30,483 nt of DNA from Minisyncoccota bacterium. GTDB lineage: Bacteria > Patescibacteriota > Minisyncoccia > Phycocordibacterales > UBA12445. Made by a program: the position numbers and the translations under genes. Below are positions 16,028-23,944 of this stretch, piece by piece (within the stretch, counting starts at the first letter, position 1; every line of letters starts with the position of its first letter). The notes under the pieces are model-generated. The model saw only the letters and a list, made by a program, of their open reading frames with translations. It made no database searches and had not been told where the DNA came from. Location: NCBI GenBank assembly GCA_041660145.1, contig JBAZWX010000001.1, positions 1,662-32,144 of the forward strand, in the 5' to 3' direction.

Positions 16028-17908
16028 TTAATTACCCGCGAACGCCTCGTTTAAAATTTTTTTAGTGTCTTTGAAGTGGTCTTGAGACCCTAAAACGACG
16101 CTGATGTATGTTTTTTCGTTTTTATTGGTTAGGAGGAGGAGATTTTTTTCTGCAAGTGGTGTTTCTCCAGTTTTTCCTCCCACTATCAAGTTACCTAAAT
16201 CTTTGTCGTCTAGAAGTTGGTCGGTGTTTTTGGCCAAATGGTGAAAACTTCCACTTGCTGTGTAGATGGGCAAAGACCTTGTTGTTGTGACCTCAAAAAT
16301 TTTTGGATAGTTTTTTTGTATATAAACAGCCAAATTTATGAGATCATCTGCCGTTGATTCGTTGGGGGCGCTATTGTCTAAGCCGGTGGGGTTGGAAAAT
16401 TTTGTGGAAGAAAGGCCCAGTTCTTTTGCCTTTAAATTCATTGCGTTTACAAAATTTTGTTCCCCCGCAATGCTTGCCAAGGTGCTCATCGCATCGTTGT
16501 TTGATTCCACCAATACCATTTTAATTAGTTCCCCGACAGAAAACACTTCTCCTTCGTATAAAAATTCGTATGGGCCGTTATGTTTTTCGTCTGTCTTACT
16601 AACTACTACCTCCTTATCCTGGCTATAACTATCTAAGACAACCATGGCCGACATTAATTTTGTGATACTGGCTATTGGCCTTTTTGTTTGAGGATTTTTA
16701 CTTGAAATTATTTCTTTCGTGCCATCTTTATTGAGAGACACGACTTTGTATTCTTTTGCGCTCAATTTTTCTGATGTTTCAACGGCTGCACCCAGGCTGC
16801 TATCGGGTGTTTGTTTTTTTTCTTTCAGCGATTTTTCGTTATTGTTTAACTCTGTATACCAGACATCGTTATGCCATTGCCAATCTGCTCCCATTCCTCC
16901 CATCATCCAAATTTTATCCTTAAATATCTCTGCGGCATGGTCTTCTCGGCCCATCCAGGGGATGTCGGTTGTTGTCTTTTGCCAATCTTTTCCGTTGTCT
17001 GAAAACCACATTGTTTGTGAACCTGTGTCTTTAACCAAATCCCAACCACCAATTACCCACAAATTATTTTTGTAGTCCAAAACAATTAGCCCATGGCGTG
17101 GTCCCCATGGGGCATTGGCATTTTCCAGAGTCCAATTTATTCCATCAGTAGTTGACCAGACGTCGTTTGGGGGAGTGGCGCCGTCTAGTTTTAGTCCACC
17201 CATGACCCACAGTTTGTTGTTAAAGACAACGACATCATGATCGTAGCGGCTAGCCCATGGCGCGTCACCTGTAGCCTCAAGCCAGTCTGTTCCATTTTCT
17301 GAATACCAGACGTCGTTAAAAGTTCTTCTCTCGTCGAAATTTACTCCGCCTATCAACCACAACTTATTGTTAAACACTCTTACGACTTGCCCCTCCCTTT
17401 TTGGCCAGGCGGCTTCTTTTGATATTTGTGTCCAATTGATTCCATCGGTTGATGACCAGACATCATTTTGATAGCCTTCGATGTTGCTCCAACCCCCCAT
17501 CATTAGAAGTTTGTCTTTGAAATACACAACAGACAAAGATCTTCGCGGTTGCCAATTTGCTGCGCTTTTTTCCTGTGCCCAGTTCAGGCCGTCTGTCGTC
17601 GACCAGATATCATTGAAGTGTTTTGCTTCCCAATATTGGACATATTTATTATCCACTGTCTTGTTACCGTTTAAACCGCCAGCCAAAAAAAGTTTATCTC
17701 CAAGTTGGTAGGTGGCACCGGCGTCCCTTGTTTCCCAAGGGGCTGACGATGTGGCCATGGTCCAGGTTATGTCGGCTAGGACTGGTTCTGACTGTGCTTG
17801 TCTATTATTTGAAGATGGACTGGCTGTGCCGCCAAAAATTACGCCCAAGGCTGCTAGAAAAATAAAAAAGATGCCAACCCAAAAGGCGTTTTTGTTCAGA
17901 TCATCCAT
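16028..17908 (-). CDS. Membrane-anchored Kelch beta-propeller / D-alanyl-D-alanine carboxypeptidase (peptidase S11) fusion
   Basis: N-terminal TM; six W..R.......KLW..GG...NDVWS.DG..W repeats; C-terminal SITK (SxxK), SNN (SxN), KTG. Confidence 0.85.
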   Translation of the reverse strand: MDDLNKNAFWVGIFFIFLAALGVIFGGTASPSSNNRQAQSEPVLADITWTMATSSAPWETRDAGATYQLGDKLFLAGGLNGNKTVDNKYVQYWEAKHFNDIWSTTDGLNWAQEKSAANWQPRRSLSVVYFKDKLLMMGGWSNIEGYQNDVWSSTDGINWTQISKEAAWPKREGQVVRVFNNKLWLIGGVNFDERRTFNDVWYSENGTDWLEATGDAPWASRYDHDVVVFNNKLWVMGGLKLDGATPPNDVWSTTDGINWTLENANAPWGPRHGLIVLDYKNNLWVIGGWDLVKDTGSQTMWFSDNGKDWQKTTTDIPWMGREDHAAEIFKDKIWMMGGMGADWQWHNDVWYTELNNNEKSLKEKKQTPDSSLGAAVETSEKLSAKEYKVVSLNKDGTKEIISSKNPQTKRPIASITKLMSAMVVLDSYSQDKEVVVSKTDEKHNGPYEFLYEGEVFSVGELIKMVLVESNNDAMSTLASIAGEQNFVNAMNLKAKELGLSSTKFSNPTGLDNSAPNESTADDLINLAVYIQKNYPKIFEVTTTRSLPIYTASGSFHHLAKNTDQLLDDKDLGNLIVGGKTGETPLAEKNLLLLTNKNEKTYISVVLGSQDHFKDTKKILNEAFAGN

Positions 17909-18001
17909 ATAGGATAGACTACTATAAAGAGAGAGGGGAATCCACTTGTTTTTTGTGGACCTATTGTGGTATAACTCTAATCTCTTAAAAATTTAAAAAA
18001 T

Positions 18002-18598
18002 ATGAAAGGTAGAAAATTAGCAATGATTTCTGTTTCGGACAGAACGGGCTTGGCACATTTTGTGAAAGGTCTTTCTGGCGCTGAGTTCGATATTGTGTCT
18101 ACAAGGGGTACGGCTAAATTTTTGCGTGACAAAGGTGTAAGAGTTATAGATGTTGAGAAATTTACCGGAGTACCGCCACTCGTTGGTCTTCGGGGAATAA
18201 AAATGATTCACACTAAAGTGTTTACTGGAGTTTTGGCAGATAAGAGTAATCCAGAACACCTGGCTGATCTTAAAAGCATTGGTATCCGTCCTTTTGATAT
18301 GGTCGTGTGTAATTTTTATCCTTTCCACAAATCTGTGAAAAGTAAGAAACTTAGCCATGTTGAAAAAATAGATTTTATAGACATAGGAGGACCAGCGTTG
18401 GTTAGATGCGGTGCCAAAAATTATAGAAATGTAACGGTTGTTACGTCACCAAAGGATTATGGTATGGTTTGGAAAGAAATAAAGGAATGCGGCAATACAA
18501 CTTATAAAACAAGAAAGGATTTGGCGCTAAAAGCTTTTGAATATACAAGGTGGCACGATTCACTAATTATTGAATATTTAAAACATGCAAAAGATTGA
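18002..18598 (+). CDS. purH: Stand-alone IMP cyclohydrolase (PurH N-terminal, MGS-like) domain protein
   Basis: ISVSD.TG, ST.GT, VCNFYPF, IDIGGPAL.R..AKN, V.SP.DY, LA.KAF motifs; ends where the transformylase domain would begin. Confidence 0.8.
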   Translation: MKGRKLAMISVSDRTGLAHFVKGLSGAEFDIVSTRGTAKFLRDKGVRVIDVEKFTGVPPLVGLRGIKMIHTKVFTGVLADKSNPEHLADLKSIGIRPFDMVVCNFYPFHKSVKSKKLSHVEKIDFIDIGGPALVRCGAKNYRNVTVVTSPKDYGMVWKEIKECGNTTYKTRKDLALKAFEYTRWHDSLIIEYLKHAKD

Positions 18599-19598
18599 GT
18601 GTAAAAAGTGTGTAAATAATAATGCGAATCCTTCCATAACCTTTGATAGTGAGGGTCTTTGTAATGTTTGTGTGTTGTATCAAAAGAATTTTAACCGAGA
18701 GAAACTAAAAAAAGAGCTTGGTTTTGTTAAAGAGTTTATGGGCAAAAAAGGCGATCAAGGTTTTGACGCTATGGTTGGAATATCTGGGGGGAAAGATAGT
18801 ACGGCCACTTTATATACTTTAAGAAAGATGGGTTTTTCTCCGTTAGCTTTTACTTTTGACACAGGTTATTATCCCAAGCACGAATTTGGGAGAGCCAAAT
18901 GTGTGGCCGATAAGCTGGGTGTCGAATACGAAAAAATCGATATACGAAAATATGTAAGAAAGATTGATCGGCAATGCTATAAATTAATGGCTGATTTGTA
19001 CGATAAAAAAGTTTCTCCGGAATTGGCTGACGAGTTTAGAAAACTTTACAAGGAAAATCGTAAACATTACTCAATAAAATGTAAGCATGTTATTCCCTTT
19101 GTCCGGACGTGTCAGCTTTGTCGTCGTACTGTTATACGGGCGTACTATGCCGAGGCGATAAAACATGGCGTGCGTCTTATTGTTTTGGGTGTCAACGAGT
19201 GGGCCGGCCTAAGTCGTGTTAATGCAGGCCAGAGTGGCTATTTGTCTGCTATTCGACAGCTTAAGCCTTACAAAAATAAACCAGCTGTTTTCGTTGTTCA
19301 TCTTCCTTTTTTGCTTCAAAGGAAGATGTCAGACACAAGAAAGATACTAAAGAAAATTTCTTGGAAAGCACCTAAAAGTGAGGGTTTGGTTGAGTCAAAT
19401 TCTAATTCTTGTCTTTTGGGTCTTGCTGCAGAATCTAAAGCCAAAATGCTTTTGGGTTTTCACCCAGATTCGACCCGTTTGGCAAGAGAAGTGACTGTAG
19501 GGTTCTTAACGAAGAAAGAGGCCAAAATTGCGTTAGCAAAAACCCACAAAACAAAATTAACGGTTCGGGGAGTTTTGTCTAAGGCCGGATTAATATAA
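18585..19598 (+). CDS. PP-loop ATP pyrophosphatase (adenine nucleotide alpha-hydrolase-like) with N-terminal Cys ribbon
   Basis: CKKC...CNVC, ISGGKDS, FTFDTG, CQLCRR and a distal SNSC; overlaps the upstream gene by 14 nt. Confidence 0.8.
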   Translation: MQKIECKKCVNNNANPSITFDSEGLCNVCVLYQKNFNREKLKKELGFVKEFMGKKGDQGFDAMVGISGGKDSTATLYTLRKMGFSPLAFTFDTGYYPKHEFGRAKCVADKLGVEYEKIDIRKYVRKIDRQCYKLMADLYDKKVSPELADEFRKLYKENRKHYSIKCKHVIPFVRTCQLCRRTVIRAYYAEAIKHGVRLIVLGVNEWAGLSRVNAGQSGYLSAIRQLKPYKNKPAVFVVHLPFLLQRKMSDTRKILKKISWKAPKSEGLVESNSNSCLLGLAAESKAKMLLGFHPDSTRLAREVTVGFLTKKEAKIALAKTHKTKLTVRGVLSKAGLI

Positions 19599-19718
19599 CG
19601 GGGTTGACCCCGATTAGAAGTCTTACTTTTGTGTCGTCCTGCGCATTAGAAATATCAGCGCTTTTTCGTTTTTTGTCGTGTTAGAAAAACAAGTTATAGA
19701 ACTTCTAACGGGGTTGAC
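19596..19718. repeat. About 120-bp MITE-like inverted-repeat element
   Basis: CGGGGT-TG-ACCCCG palindrome at 19599-19612; TAACGGGGTTGAC repeated at 19596 and 19706; ACCCCG(A)TTAGAAGT at 19607-19621 is the near-perfect inverse of ACTTCTAACGGGGT at 19701-19714. Confidence 0.6.
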
Positions 19719-19787
19719 TTTAAATCGTAATCCGCTAATGTGTTAACGGATAGGGAAGTGGAACAAGAGGAGAGGAGGCAGGAAATC

Positions 19788-19952
19788 ATGCCGGAGATGA
19801 CCGAAAAGAGGTCTAACCGTTTGGCAGTTTTGGCCTTGCTGGCTTACTTTATTGTGGCTGTTGTCATTATCCTTTGTGCAGATGAGCCTGGTCAGAAGAA
19901 TGTTGGCACGACTTCTGGTGTTTCCCCTGTTTCTTCGTATAGCCAGAAGTAA
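19788..19952 (+). CDS. Small single-TM protein (54 aa)
   Basis: AGGAGG SD, one TM helix, upstream TTGACT-16-TAATGT, downstream terminator. Confidence 0.6.
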   Translation: MPEMTEKRSNRLAVLALLAYFIVAVVIILCADEPGQKNVGTTSGVSPVSSYSQK

Positions 19953-19970
19953 AACGTACCTTGTCTTTGT

Positions 19971-20000
19971 GGCACTCCTTGGCGGGGTGCCTTTATCTTT
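19971..20000 (+). terminator. Intrinsic terminator
   Basis: GGCACTCC-TTGGC-GGGGTGCC followed by TTTATCTTT. Confidence 0.6.
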
Positions 20001-20029
20001 AAAACAGAAATGCCGCCATTTCAGGCGGC
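20001..20029 (-). terminator. Intrinsic terminator for the 41-aa peptide gene
   Basis: Minus strand GCCGCC-TGAAAT-GGCGGC followed by ATTTCTGTTTT. Confidence 0.6.
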
Positions 20030-20035
20030 TGATCG

Positions 20036-20161
20036 TTACACATAGAGAAACTTCTGGTGATCGCCATGCTTGTCGTCTTCGTCTGCATCATCGATGTCGG
20101 CTGGATCAAGGACAGGACCTTCATACTCGCTGGTTGTTGGCTTACCAGTGGTTTCTGCCAT
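20036..20161 (-). CDS. 41-aa acidic peptide MAETTGKPTTSEYEGPVLDPADIDDADEDDKHGDHQKFLYV
   Basis: Manually translated; preceded by TTGACT-16-TACTAT and a 6-nt gap, followed by its own terminator; below the ORF-track size cutoff. Confidence 0.65.
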   Translation of the reverse strand: MAETTGKPTTSEYEGPVLDPADIDDADEDDKHGDHQKFLYV

Positions 20162-20167
20162 ATGGTT

Positions 20168-20195
20168 ATAGTATTCTTTTGCGTATGTGAGTCAA
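20168..20195 (-). promoter_or_regulatory. sigma70-like leaderless promoter for the peptide gene
   Basis: -35 TTGACT (20195-20190), 16 bp, -10 TACTAT (20173-20168). Confidence 0.55.
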
Positions 20196-20209
20196 TGGTT
20201 CTTTCTTTA

Positions 20210-20241
20210 AAAAAGTAAATGCCCGCAGGGGGTCTGCGAGG
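20210..20241 (-). terminator. Intrinsic terminator
   Basis: Minus strand GCC(T)CGCAG-ACCCC-CTGCGGGC followed by ATTTACTTTTTT. Confidence 0.55.
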
Positions 20242-20263
20242 CGGGGGAAAATTCTGTAACATG

Positions 20264-20758
20264 TTAACCAGTTATTTCTTGGTCCCAGGGACATTCCGTT
20301 GTTTCCGTGCCGGGAACGGTTGGCTCACAGCCCCAAACAAGAGCATGACATTCCCAATGTGCCCGACTACTGCTACTTGCATGTTTATCCCAAGGTTCTC
20401 CTCCACCAAGATGTCCAATGAACGCGGTTATTATGGTGTACGATGTCCGGTGGGGTCTTCGGGCGAGAACAATGGCCATAGTTTTGCAAGGTTCTGGCTT
20501 ACGGTTTTTTACAAACCTAGTGTGACCTCTTCGCCCAAACCTCTTGGCGTAGATGACTTCGTCGTCTGGTCCCGTTTCGACTTTGTTGGTTTTGCCGATG
20601 ACTCTTCCGAAGTTGACCTCTGTGGAGATAAATTTTTCACCATTTGATCTTATTGTCGAGAGAGCTTTGGCCAAAAGGACATGAGAGATGTTGTGTATGT
20701 GACGTTGCTCACCAAAACGATGGAAGACTTTTTCTCCCGATGCCAGTCTTAGTTCCAA
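20264..20758 (-). CDS. Hypothetical soluble protein (164 aa)
   Basis: GAGGAG SD before TTG; upstream TTGACA-16-TAATAT; protein-like sequence with RFVKNR.PEP, ITAFIG, EPWD, HALVW motifs. Confidence 0.75.
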   Translation of the reverse strand: MELRLASGEKVFHRFGEQRHIHNISHVLLAKALSTIRSNGEKFISTEVNFGRVIGKTNKVETGPDDEVIYAKRFGRRGHTRFVKNRKPEPCKTMAIVLARRPHRTSYTIITAFIGHLGGGEPWDKHASSSSRAHWECHALVWGCEPTVPGTETTECPWDQEITG

Positions 20759-20827
20759 AAGGCTCCTCTCTTCTGGTCGTTTTTTTCAACTTGGCCTGTT
20801 GCGACAGGCCGTTGCAATCTTCTGGGT

Positions 20828-20900
20828 ATATTACATTTATTTTTATTTTTGTCAAACTTCTGTACTTTTCATTGACACACATCATATTTTGTGATAGTTT
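20828..20900. promoter_or_regulatory. Back-to-back divergent sigma70 promoters
   Basis: Plus: TTGACA(20872)-17-TG.TAGTTT; minus: TTGACA(20855)-16-TAATAT. Confidence 0.55.
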
Positions 20901-20986
20901 AAAAGGCAGAATTTTACTGCAGAACCGCGCGACGTCCAAGACAAAAAACTGGTTGTTCTACCAGTTTTGCAAAGGAGGAGATTTTC

Positions 20987-21658
20987 TTGGATCAGCAGGG
21001 TAGAGACCAACGCTTTTGGGGATGGGTCGTTGTCATAGTTTTATCTCTGTCCTATGTACCTCTTGCTGTCGGTGGTTGGAACCATCCAGAAGAGATTAAT
21101 CTGGCTTCTTACAGTATTTGGACCGTTATGGCGAGCATGCTTCTTTTCTCTGAGCTTTGGGGGAGAAACCCTGGCTGGAGAATTTCATGCGCGTTTGTTA
21201 TCGGAGATATCGGTCTGATCTTGCTTGGGCTTTTTCACGGAGGATACACCTTCAATCTTGGTTTGTCTGAAATCGTTGTCCTGTATGGAATAATCATAAC
21301 GATTGGGTCATTTGTGACCTACGGTTTCATAACAAAGAGAGTCGAGGAGTACATCCTGTATTTTGGGGGAGTTGCGGTCGACCTGATATCTTTCTACCCA
21401 CAGGCCAAGCAGTATCTTTTGCCTGGACACGACCGATTGTCGGTTATGTCTTTGTGCGGTTGGATCGGGTGGATGATCGGGATAACGATCAGCATTATTT
21501 TTGTTGAAGAGTTCTTCCGGAGGTTACGAATGCCGGCGGCTCTCTATCAGGAAGTATATGGAGAAGAAAAGAACCGGCTGAAGATCTGCTCTTCCTCATT
21601 GTTTTCTGTTGAACAGATTTTCTTCATGTCCGCGATGGTCTTTGTGATGACAAGATGA
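20987..21658 (+). CDS. Hypothetical multi-pass membrane protein (possible PQ-loop-like)
   Basis: GGAGGAG SD before TTG; about 6-7 TM segments; ISFYPQAKQY resembles a PQ-loop. Family call is weak. Confidence 0.75.
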   Translation: MDQQGRDQRFWGWVVVIVLSLSYVPLAVGGWNHPEEINLASYSIWTVMASMLLFSELWGRNPGWRISCAFVIGDIGLILLGLFHGGYTFNLGLSEIVVLYGIIITIGSFVTYGFITKRVEEYILYFGGVAVDLISFYPQAKQYLLPGHDRLSVMSLCGWIGWMIGITISIIFVEEFFRRLRMPAALYQEVYGEEKNRLKICSSSLFSVEQIFFMSAMVFVMTR

Positions 21659-21706
21659 AAAATATTCCAAAAACTCAGAAACTTGTTTTGCGCTCTGCGC
21701 GTTTCG

Positions 21707-21730
21707 GGTCCTCTTGCGAGGACCATTTTA
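21707..21730. terminator. Terminator hairpin between convergent genes
   Basis: GGTCCTC-TTGC-GAGGACC followed by ATTTTA. Confidence 0.55.
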
Positions 21731-21736
21731 GTTTAA

Positions 21737-23071
21737 TTATCTTCTTCGTCCCCATGAACCACCGAAGGAACCGCCTCGTCTGTGTCCGCCAAATTTTTGA
21801 GATTCGTATGGACGTTCTTTTATGCTACTAACTCGAGGTGGCGGAAGATCTTCTGGCTTTCGTTTTTCTGCGATACGTTTTTTCGTGAGTCTTTCGATAT
21901 CTTGCACTCCACGGCGTTCGTCATGTACGGCAAATGTTATCGCCTTGCCTTCTTTATCGGCGCGGCCGGTGCGGCCTATACGGTGTATGTAATCTTCGGC
22001 TGCGTCTGGGAGGTCGTAGTTGATGACTAGCTCAATGTTGGAAACATCAATACCACGCGCGGCGATATCTGTTGCCACGAGTATTCGGTAAGTACCTTTT
22101 TTAAATCCAGCAAGTGCGGCGGTGCGTTGTGAAAGTGATTTATTGGAGTGGATATCTGTTGCGGTGTGTCCCATGTCTTGGATGTGTTTCGCAAGTCTTT
22201 TGGCACCGTGTTTGGTGCGGGAAAAAACCAAAACAGTTCCTGTGTGGTCAGCCAAAAGTTTCTCAAGCAAACGAGACTTTTCTTCTTTTGCTACAAAATA
22301 AATTTCTTCAGAAATTTTGGCCACTGTTGTGCCAGAGGGGGCAACTTCGACACGAATCGGATCTTTCATGTAATTGTGTGCCATTCCCTGAATTTTGACA
22401 GGCATGGTGGCCGAAAATAGTAATGTTTGTCTTGTTTTTGGAGTAAGGGCGATGACACTGCGAATTTGTGGCTCAAATCCCATGTCTAGCATTCTGTCTG
22501 CTTCATCAAGAACTAATATTGAAACATTTGAAAGATTGATTGTCTTTTGGTGTATGTGATCGTTGATACGTCCAGGCGTCGCTATAATAACGTGCGGCTT
22601 GTCCCTAAGGGCATATACTTGTTTGTTCATGTTTGCTCCTCCAACAAGAAGTGCAGTACGAATGCCGAGATTTTTTCCTATTGCTACTATTTTTTCATCT
22701 ACTTGTGCTGCGAGTTCGCGGGTTGGAACTAAAACTAATCCCGTGCCTTTTGTGGCGGCGAGCCTTTGTAACATTGGTAGACCAAAGGCTAGAGTTTTGC
22801 CGGTTCCTGTTTGTGCGATACCTATAACATCTTTGCCTGTTAATACGACAGGAATAGCCTGCGCCTGTATTGGCGTGGGAGAAGCGATGTTGAGTTTACT
22901 GAGCGCTCCGGTAAAGGTAGTGGAAAGGCCCAGATCGTTAAAAGCGGCCTTAGCGGTCTCTTGTCTTGGGGGCTGTTGCGATGTTTCGGCTTGAGGGGTT
23001 CTAATAGAATCAGAATTAAACTTCTGATTAGCAGGCTTTTGGCCCTGTACTTTTTGTGTATCTTGATTCAT
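21737..23071 (-). CDS. DEAD-box ATP-dependent RNA helicase
   Basis: Q-motif PTPIQ, AQTGTGKT, PTRELA, TPGR, DEAD, SAT, ARGID, HRIGRTGRA, RGG tail. Confidence 0.96.
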   Translation of the reverse strand: MNQDTQKVQGQKPANQKFNSDSIRTPQAETSQQPPRQETAKAAFNDLGLSTTFTGALSKLNIASPTPIQAQAIPVVLTGKDVIGIAQTGTGKTLAFGLPMLQRLAATKGTGLVLVPTRELAAQVDEKIVAIGKNLGIRTALLVGGANMNKQVYALRDKPHVIIATPGRINDHIHQKTINLSNVSILVLDEADRMLDMGFEPQIRSVIALTPKTRQTLLFSATMPVKIQGMAHNYMKDPIRVEVAPSGTTVAKISEEIYFVAKEEKSRLLEKLLADHTGTVLVFSRTKHGAKRLAKHIQDMGHTATDIHSNKSLSQRTAALAGFKKGTYRILVATDIAARGIDVSNIELVINYDLPDAAEDYIHRIGRTGRADKEGKAITFAVHDERRGVQDIERLTKKRIAEKRKPEDLPPPRVSSIKERPYESQKFGGHRRGGSFGGSWGRRR

Positions 23072-23132
23072 ATATTTCTGACCCGATTTCTCCAAGGTCA
23101 GATCAATGACGCAGAAGTTTCGAGCTTTTTAC

Positions 23133-23161
23133 ATTATATACCACCCAGTCTCTTTTGTCAA
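23133..23161 (-). promoter_or_regulatory. Perfect consensus sigma70 promoter for the helicase
   Basis: TTGACA (23161-23156)-17 bp-TATAAT (23138-23133). Confidence 0.8.
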
Positions 23162-23176
23162 TAGGAGGGGCGGTTT

Positions 23177-23665
23177 TTACTTGAAAAGTATAGGTATTTC
23201 TATTGATTTATCGTTTTGTGATAGGCCAGAGGGGTTGTCATTTTTTAGAATGAGAGCTCCGTTGTTTTTGTATGTTGGTTTTTCAAATTCGAGCGTCGCT
23301 TCAAACGGCACAAAATCTTCTGTCATCCAGTCGCTGGTCGCTTGTGCTACCCCCTCGGCTATTATAAGGCCGTCCCAGTTTACGAGTGTTACTGGAAAAC
23401 TTGCTTCAAAAAACCACGATCCTCTCGCTTTGCCAGTTATTTTTAGTGGACTTGAAACTAATCCGTTTGGTTTGGGAAAATTTACCTGGATGAGATCGGA
23501 TAGATCGGGTTCGCATGGGGTGGCGGGAATTTCTGAGGAAGGTGATCCATGATTTGTCCAACCGCTATTGGTACAGATCCACGTGTCTTCGGGCGTAAGA
23601 ATTCTGGCGGCAACAATTGCAGCCATTGCCAAAATGATTAACGAGATAATTACTTTTTTAGTCAT
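23177..23665 (-). CDS. Gmad2 immunoglobulin-like domain surface protein
   Basis: N-terminal TM, W.C...GW..HG.P segment, G.ARG.WFFEASFP, DWMT..FVPF, DNPSG motifs. Confidence 0.8.
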   Translation of the reverse strand: MTKKVIISLIILAMAAIVAARILTPEDTWICTNSGWTNHGSPSSEIPATPCEPDLSDLIQVNFPKPNGLVSSPLKITGKARGSWFFEASFPVTLVNWDGLIIAEGVAQATSDWMTEDFVPFEATLEFEKPTYKNNGALILKNDNPSGLSQNDKSIEIPILFK

Positions 23666-23687
23666 CGAGATTTAACTGGGTAAAAAG

Positions 23688-23900
23688 TTACGGTCTATTG
23701 TGTCTCATATTGTCTAGAGCCCAAGTGTATTCAATTACCAAGAATGGAATCCAGTGCGGCTCGTCATAACTTAGGAGGAGAAAAATTCCGGCGATAATGG
23801 CTATGGTATTTATTATAAAAAAGGCGATATCGAAGGCTTGCTCGTGTCGTGACACTTGTTCGTTGTTTGTTATATAAAGAAGCCAATTTTTTATATTCAT
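23688..23900 (-). CDS. Small hypothetical membrane protein (70 aa)
   Basis: Clean ORF with hydrophobic core; TATAAT upstream. Confidence 0.7.
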   Translation of the reverse strand: MNIKNWLLYITNNEQVSRHEQAFDIAFFIINTIAIIAGIFLLLSYDEPHWIPFLVIEYTWALDNMRHNRP

Positions 23901-23944
23901 GGTTATTAGCTATATGAAACCATTATACATTTTCTGGATCAGAT

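Noticed and set aside
16840-17770. Regularly spaced ~150-nt DNA repeats (…GACCAGA(C/T)(G/A)TC(G/A)TT…) as a CRISPR or repeat array
   Set aside because: They are degenerate, in-frame codon echoes of the Kelch protein repeats.
19852-20647. ORF-track entries 19852-20190(+), 19999-20262(-) and 20219-20647(+)
   Set aside because: They cross terminators and promoters and overlap better-supported genes; no SD or promoter support.
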